From NCBI GenBank assembly GCA_963674785.1, contig OY771555.1, positions 1,280,001 through 1,344,000 of the forward strand: 64,000 nt of DNA, in the 5' to 3' direction. Below, in pieces: positions 61,501 to 64,000 of this stretch (the first letter of the stretch is position 1; each line of letters begins with the position of its first letter). The notes beneath the pieces are model-generated. The model worked only from the letters and a program-made list of their open reading frames with translations. It had not been told where the DNA came from and searched no databases. This DNA comes from Caldisericia bacterium. Its GTDB lineage: Bacteria > Caldisericota > Caldisericia > JAAYUI01. The position numbers were made by a program, and so were the translations under genes.

Positions 61501-63721
61501 TGATGGAAGAGTGATTGGAAATTGGGGATGTGATAGTGATGAGCTTGATATAAACCACAGTTCAACAATTGTTGATTCTGAAGCCGGTTCTGTTGTTCCC
61601 TATAAAGATGGAACACTTTACGGATTTGACAAAAACGGAAAACAGACATTTAAGCTTGAAACAGAGCATCCTACAAAAGCTCATCCAACAATGGCAAGAA
61701 GAATGCTCTTCCTGCCAACAGAAGATGGGTACCTCTTTGCATGGGCAGAAAAATGGGGATTTGGACTTGCCCCTGAAACAGGAAGTCCTGTGCTTTGTCA
61801 GGGTACACCGATTTCTTTGAACATCCATTTCAGATCAGAGATTCCACTGCCAAGTGGTGTAAAATTCAAAGTAATTCAGGCACCACCAGATACAGTTTAC
61901 AGTTTTACACCAGAGACCCTTGGTTCATCTGGTGTAACTTCATTGTTTTTAAATGCTGGTCCGGGTTGCCCAGAGGGAACTCATACCATTATTATCCAGG
62001 CGGAAGGGGCAGGATTTAGAAGGGCAACAACATTTACTGTAACTGTCAGAAAAGAATCAGCGGGAGATTTCACATTCATCGCAGAACCCGCAAAAATCCA
62101 GATTTATGCTGGTGAACCCGCAGAGGTAGATTTTACAATCGATGCGATTGGCGGATTTGTAGGCGTTGTCCAGCTTTCAGTTGATGGGCTTCCAACAGGA
62201 GTTCTCGGTTCGTTCTCACCAATCATCACAACTGTTCCGGGTAGATCGAAGTATTCGATGAAGGTTGCAAAAAACCTCACGCCTGGAACCTATAACCTTG
62301 TATTTAAGGCAGAGGGTGGATGTAAAACAAAAACATTCCCAGTTGTCCTTGAGGTTGAAGCACCTGTCCCTGGAGATTACAAAGCCTATCTTGCAGACAA
62401 TAATGACAAAGATCAGATTGTGTGGCTCGGGGAAGAAATTGTCATCCCAATCTCAATTGAATTCCTTGACGGATACAACCTTCCTGTTAATTTTGAGGTC
62501 TTGAATATTGACGACTTCTCAACAACCCAGACCACCTTCAGGTTTGAACCTTCTGTAGCAACAGGTACAACAACAGTTAACCTGATAATTAAAACAGAGT
62601 TTACAGGTAGAGAAATTGATGGAAAACGTGTAATAATAAGAACAACATCAGGAAGGAAAGCACCAAAAACCCAAGTTCAATTCTTCCTTACTGTCAAAAA
62701 GACAGAAGGTGGATTTACAATAAAACCTGTAAATACGGCAAGCACAATCCAGCTTACGGCAGGTCAGTATGGTCTTCTCGTATTTGAATACAAAAACACA
62801 ACAAAGTTCTACACAACAACAAAATTCCATCTTGAGTTTGATGGCTCTGAGAGTGAAATTATCGAGTCCTGGTTCTATCCAGAACAACTTTCACCATCCG
62901 TTCATCAGCAGAATGTCGTTGCACTCTTCAAAACACCAAGGACATTCCTTGATAATGACCCTGAGGCTTTGGCAGCAGGATATAAGGAGTGCCAGATAAA
63001 TTGTTTTGGAATTGGTGGGGGACTTAGGGTTGGAAGCAGACCAATAACAGCAAGGATTTATGAACCAGGTCAAACAATGCAGAGGGCATATTTCTTCCCA
63101 GACTTTAAGGGGTTGAAGAATAAATCTGTTGATGAAATAGAAATACACATTGCAAATCTTGATAATGCAAATGTTGTTTCATTTGATGTCCTCTATGATC
63201 CACTTGAAATCGAAATTATTGGTGAAGCTATTGAGGGACCTCTAATGGAGAATGATGGATTAACCGCAACATTTAAGGGTCCTCCAGATGCTTCCATTGG
63301 GGTATGTACTATTTCTAGTATCAGAGACCAGGGTAATGGACCGGTTTCTGGCTCAGGTAAATTCTGCACTCTCAAAGTTAGAGGAACGATTGTAACTCAA
63401 GAAACCACAATGAAGATATGTAATCTTCGAGTTCTTGATGAGTTTAATGGTTATAAACCAATAACGGGACCGCTTCCAGATGTCCCGCCAACTCTCAGGC
63501 TTACAATAGCTGGTCACCTTCCAGGAGATGTCAATGGTGATGGAAAAGTTGACGATGCTGACCTTGCTCTCCTAAAAGAGGCATTTGGTTCAAAACCGGG
63601 CGAAAATAATTGGAATGGTGCAGCTGACTTCAATGAGGATGGTATAATTGACGGAATGGATTTGATTATCCTTTGTATGAACTGGGGTGCATCTCTTGGA
63701 GATGAGGGACCAGTTCCCTGA
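58526..63721 (+). CDS. Large secreted protein: two PQQ-like propellers, Ig-like repeats, cohesin-like and C-terminal dockerin-like domains
   Basis: FPTYKAN and WPMFQHD propeller starts; SFDVLYDPLEIEI...VSGSGKFCTL; PGDVNGDGKVDDADL...ADFNEDGIIDGMDL. Confidence 0.88.
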   Translation: MRKILSFVLTFLLIFTSFVIYPAANAGNAVSGSDCFPTYKANNFRDGVYGGTQINAPELIQTWEYKGKANLTNAPAVCGNRIYLAENSRMMTCIEYLTGKVLWQVEDLVNFPVSTPTVWLGSDNQFVYVSTGGQIERESVLYCFDANTGTEIWKWEPNRTGTAGQICSGPTLVTYEDGLEAGQVWLIVGVNVSGGTALFALDAKTGVLMWGGSGIGLGAISRSDPVIAEGKIFQLTEDGTLFTLDLKTKAVIGQTLLNESDLYEFHNTPAYHNGVLYCASRGKTNTDEKGKIYMVETATGGVLGKTYGIDQFNKAGPTIYDNGEKVTVIIGSDTGRIYSFDGNDLHMVYSVNIKKPVTTDIVLSGKYGFLGASNNFLAINIETGGTVFSQTLGNSITMHPVMTAGMVYVACNDAKLYAFSDHDDFVVDVLPRTDTIFSGNKKSYTIVVTATMDFDSPMVLRASGLPTTITATFSKPFVYPGIDEQEVELTIEADEDASPGNYICNIIGVLLGRERNTILQIQVVPPLTGDFKMSISQDQLTPMREIEAGDSISYQIKVEAIGGFNAEVAFFVNDESLPSSIDVMFMPDRLTPDGYITAIVSTDTSTPADKYNIEIQGHAGGKVRTTALWFTVGGFDTDDWPMFQHDYNRTGQVEEPFPENPELRYSAYLPSLFDLDIEEGEMKIRTQPIVALGMVYVVAEWEADEGSGDIHESAIFALDVSTGEPKWMYQFNKSVSVPKFGSDDDEKWPVLSTPAVDVENGKLYVGSIDGAFYCFDGETGSKIWSRNTNPLIDIRGSVLIIYPDNEGINSKKVLFPTRTGHVYCFSGEDNDKKLWDRTLPSYVYSGLTYGYNKVSKQGMILAPCHDGNVYAMNVENGDDVWSSPAGVYEFNGASTIAVDSDKNDFYVAGMMGPRGECFGNSQVQRRYLSNGDMGPWRATFGPVSGSPALFINTAGKTVCHVTSNHGKTNKILTRTVRLWRLEHENFLNLLDNDGRVIGNWGCDSDELDINHSSTIVDSEAGSVVPYKDGTLYGFDKNGKQTFKLETEHPTKAHPTMARRMLFLPTEDGYLFAWAEKWGFGLAPETGSPVLCQGTPISLNIHFRSEIPLPSGVKFKVIQAPPDTVYSFTPETLGSSGVTSLFLNAGPGCPEGTHTIIIQAEGAGFRRATTFTVTVRKESAGDFTFIAEPAKIQIYAGEPAEVDFTIDAIGGFVGVVQLSVDGLPTGVLGSFSPIITTVPGRSKYSMKVAKNLTPGTYNLVFKAEGGCKTKTFPVVLEVEAPVPGDYKAYLADNNDKDQIVWLGEEIVIPISIEFLDGYNLPVNFEVLNIDDFSTTQTTFRFEPSVATGTTTVNLIIKTEFTGREIDGKRVIIRTTSGRKAPKTQVQFFLTVKKTEGGFTIKPVNTASTIQLTAGQYGLLVFEYKNTTKFYTTTKFHLEFDGSESEIIESWFYPEQLSPSVHQQNVVALFKTPRTFLDNDPEALAAGYKECQINCFGIGGGLRVGSRPITARIYEPGQTMQRAYFFPDFKGLKNKSVDEIEIHIANLDNANVVSFDVLYDPLEIEIIGEAIEGPLMENDGLTATFKGPPDASIGVCTISSIRDQGNGPVSGSGKFCTLKVRGTIVTQETTMKICNLRVLDEFNGYKPITGPLPDVPPTLRLTIAGHLPGDVNGDGKVDDADLALLKEAFGSKPGENNWNGAADFNEDGIIDGMDLIILCMNWGASLGDEGPVP

Positions 63722-63738
63722 TTCAAATCTATAAACAT

Positions 63739-63768
63739 AAGGGCTTCCAAATATGGAAGCCCTTTTTT
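63739..63768 (+). terminator. Intrinsic terminator
   Basis: AAGGGCTTCCA-aata-TGGAAGCCCTTTTTT. Confidence 0.9.
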
Positions 63769-63842
63769 ATTGGATAAATATATAAAAACTTGCCAGTTTG
63801 CAGATAAGTAGTAAAATGAAATGTAAACAAGGAGGATCTGAA

Positions 63843-64000
63843 ATGAGAATCAAAAGTATTGCGTTATTGCTGGTTTTATTGTTAATTATGTCTCTTGTCC
63901 CACAGGTCATTGCCGTCGAAAAACCCTACAAGATTGACTCTTCAACAACCTGGACGGGAACGATCTCGGCACCCGATTTAGGATTCTTTCTTGATAAGGA
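63843..64000 (+). CDS. 5' part of a secreted protein, truncated by the window edge
   Basis: SD AGGAGG; MRIKSIALLLVLLLIMSLVPQVIA signal peptide; upstream TTGCCA-N16-TAAAAT. Confidence 0.75.
   Translation, partial: MRIKSIALLLVLLLIMSLVPQVIAVEKPYKIDSSTTWTGTISAPDLGFFLDK

Overview
Bacterial chromosomal window (NAD-dependent ligA, recN, SpoIID, CvpA, sigma70-type promoters) from an AT-rich, probably anaerobic peptide fermenter. The many secreted proteins with copper-amine-oxidase N-terminal (stalk) domains suggest Caldisericota, which is inference only. Housekeeping content: ligA-recN-nadK-folD-fhs, a VOR-type 2-oxoacid oxidoreductase operon, pspA, ktrA and heterodimeric ABC exporters. No rRNA, tRNA, CRISPR array or transposase was seen. 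Main oddities: (1) an apparent non-cellulosomal cohesin-dockerin surface system, with two stalk-bearing cohesin proteins, a cohesin-dockerin beta-propeller protein and two dockerin-tagged esterases; (2) archaeal-type GatD and GatE in a bacterium, split by a KAP NTPase and the esterases; (3) an uncalled 52-aa SCIFF-like precursor that lacks the canonical cross-linking Cys, next to its SPASM radical SAM; (4) two ABC half-transporters sharing a ~740-bp near-identical NBD tract that is strongly depleted of third-position C; (5) an uncalled 40-aa ORF between a methyltransferase and a radical SAM; (6) several apparently leaderless genes. All domain calls come from motif recognition by eye, not database searches.
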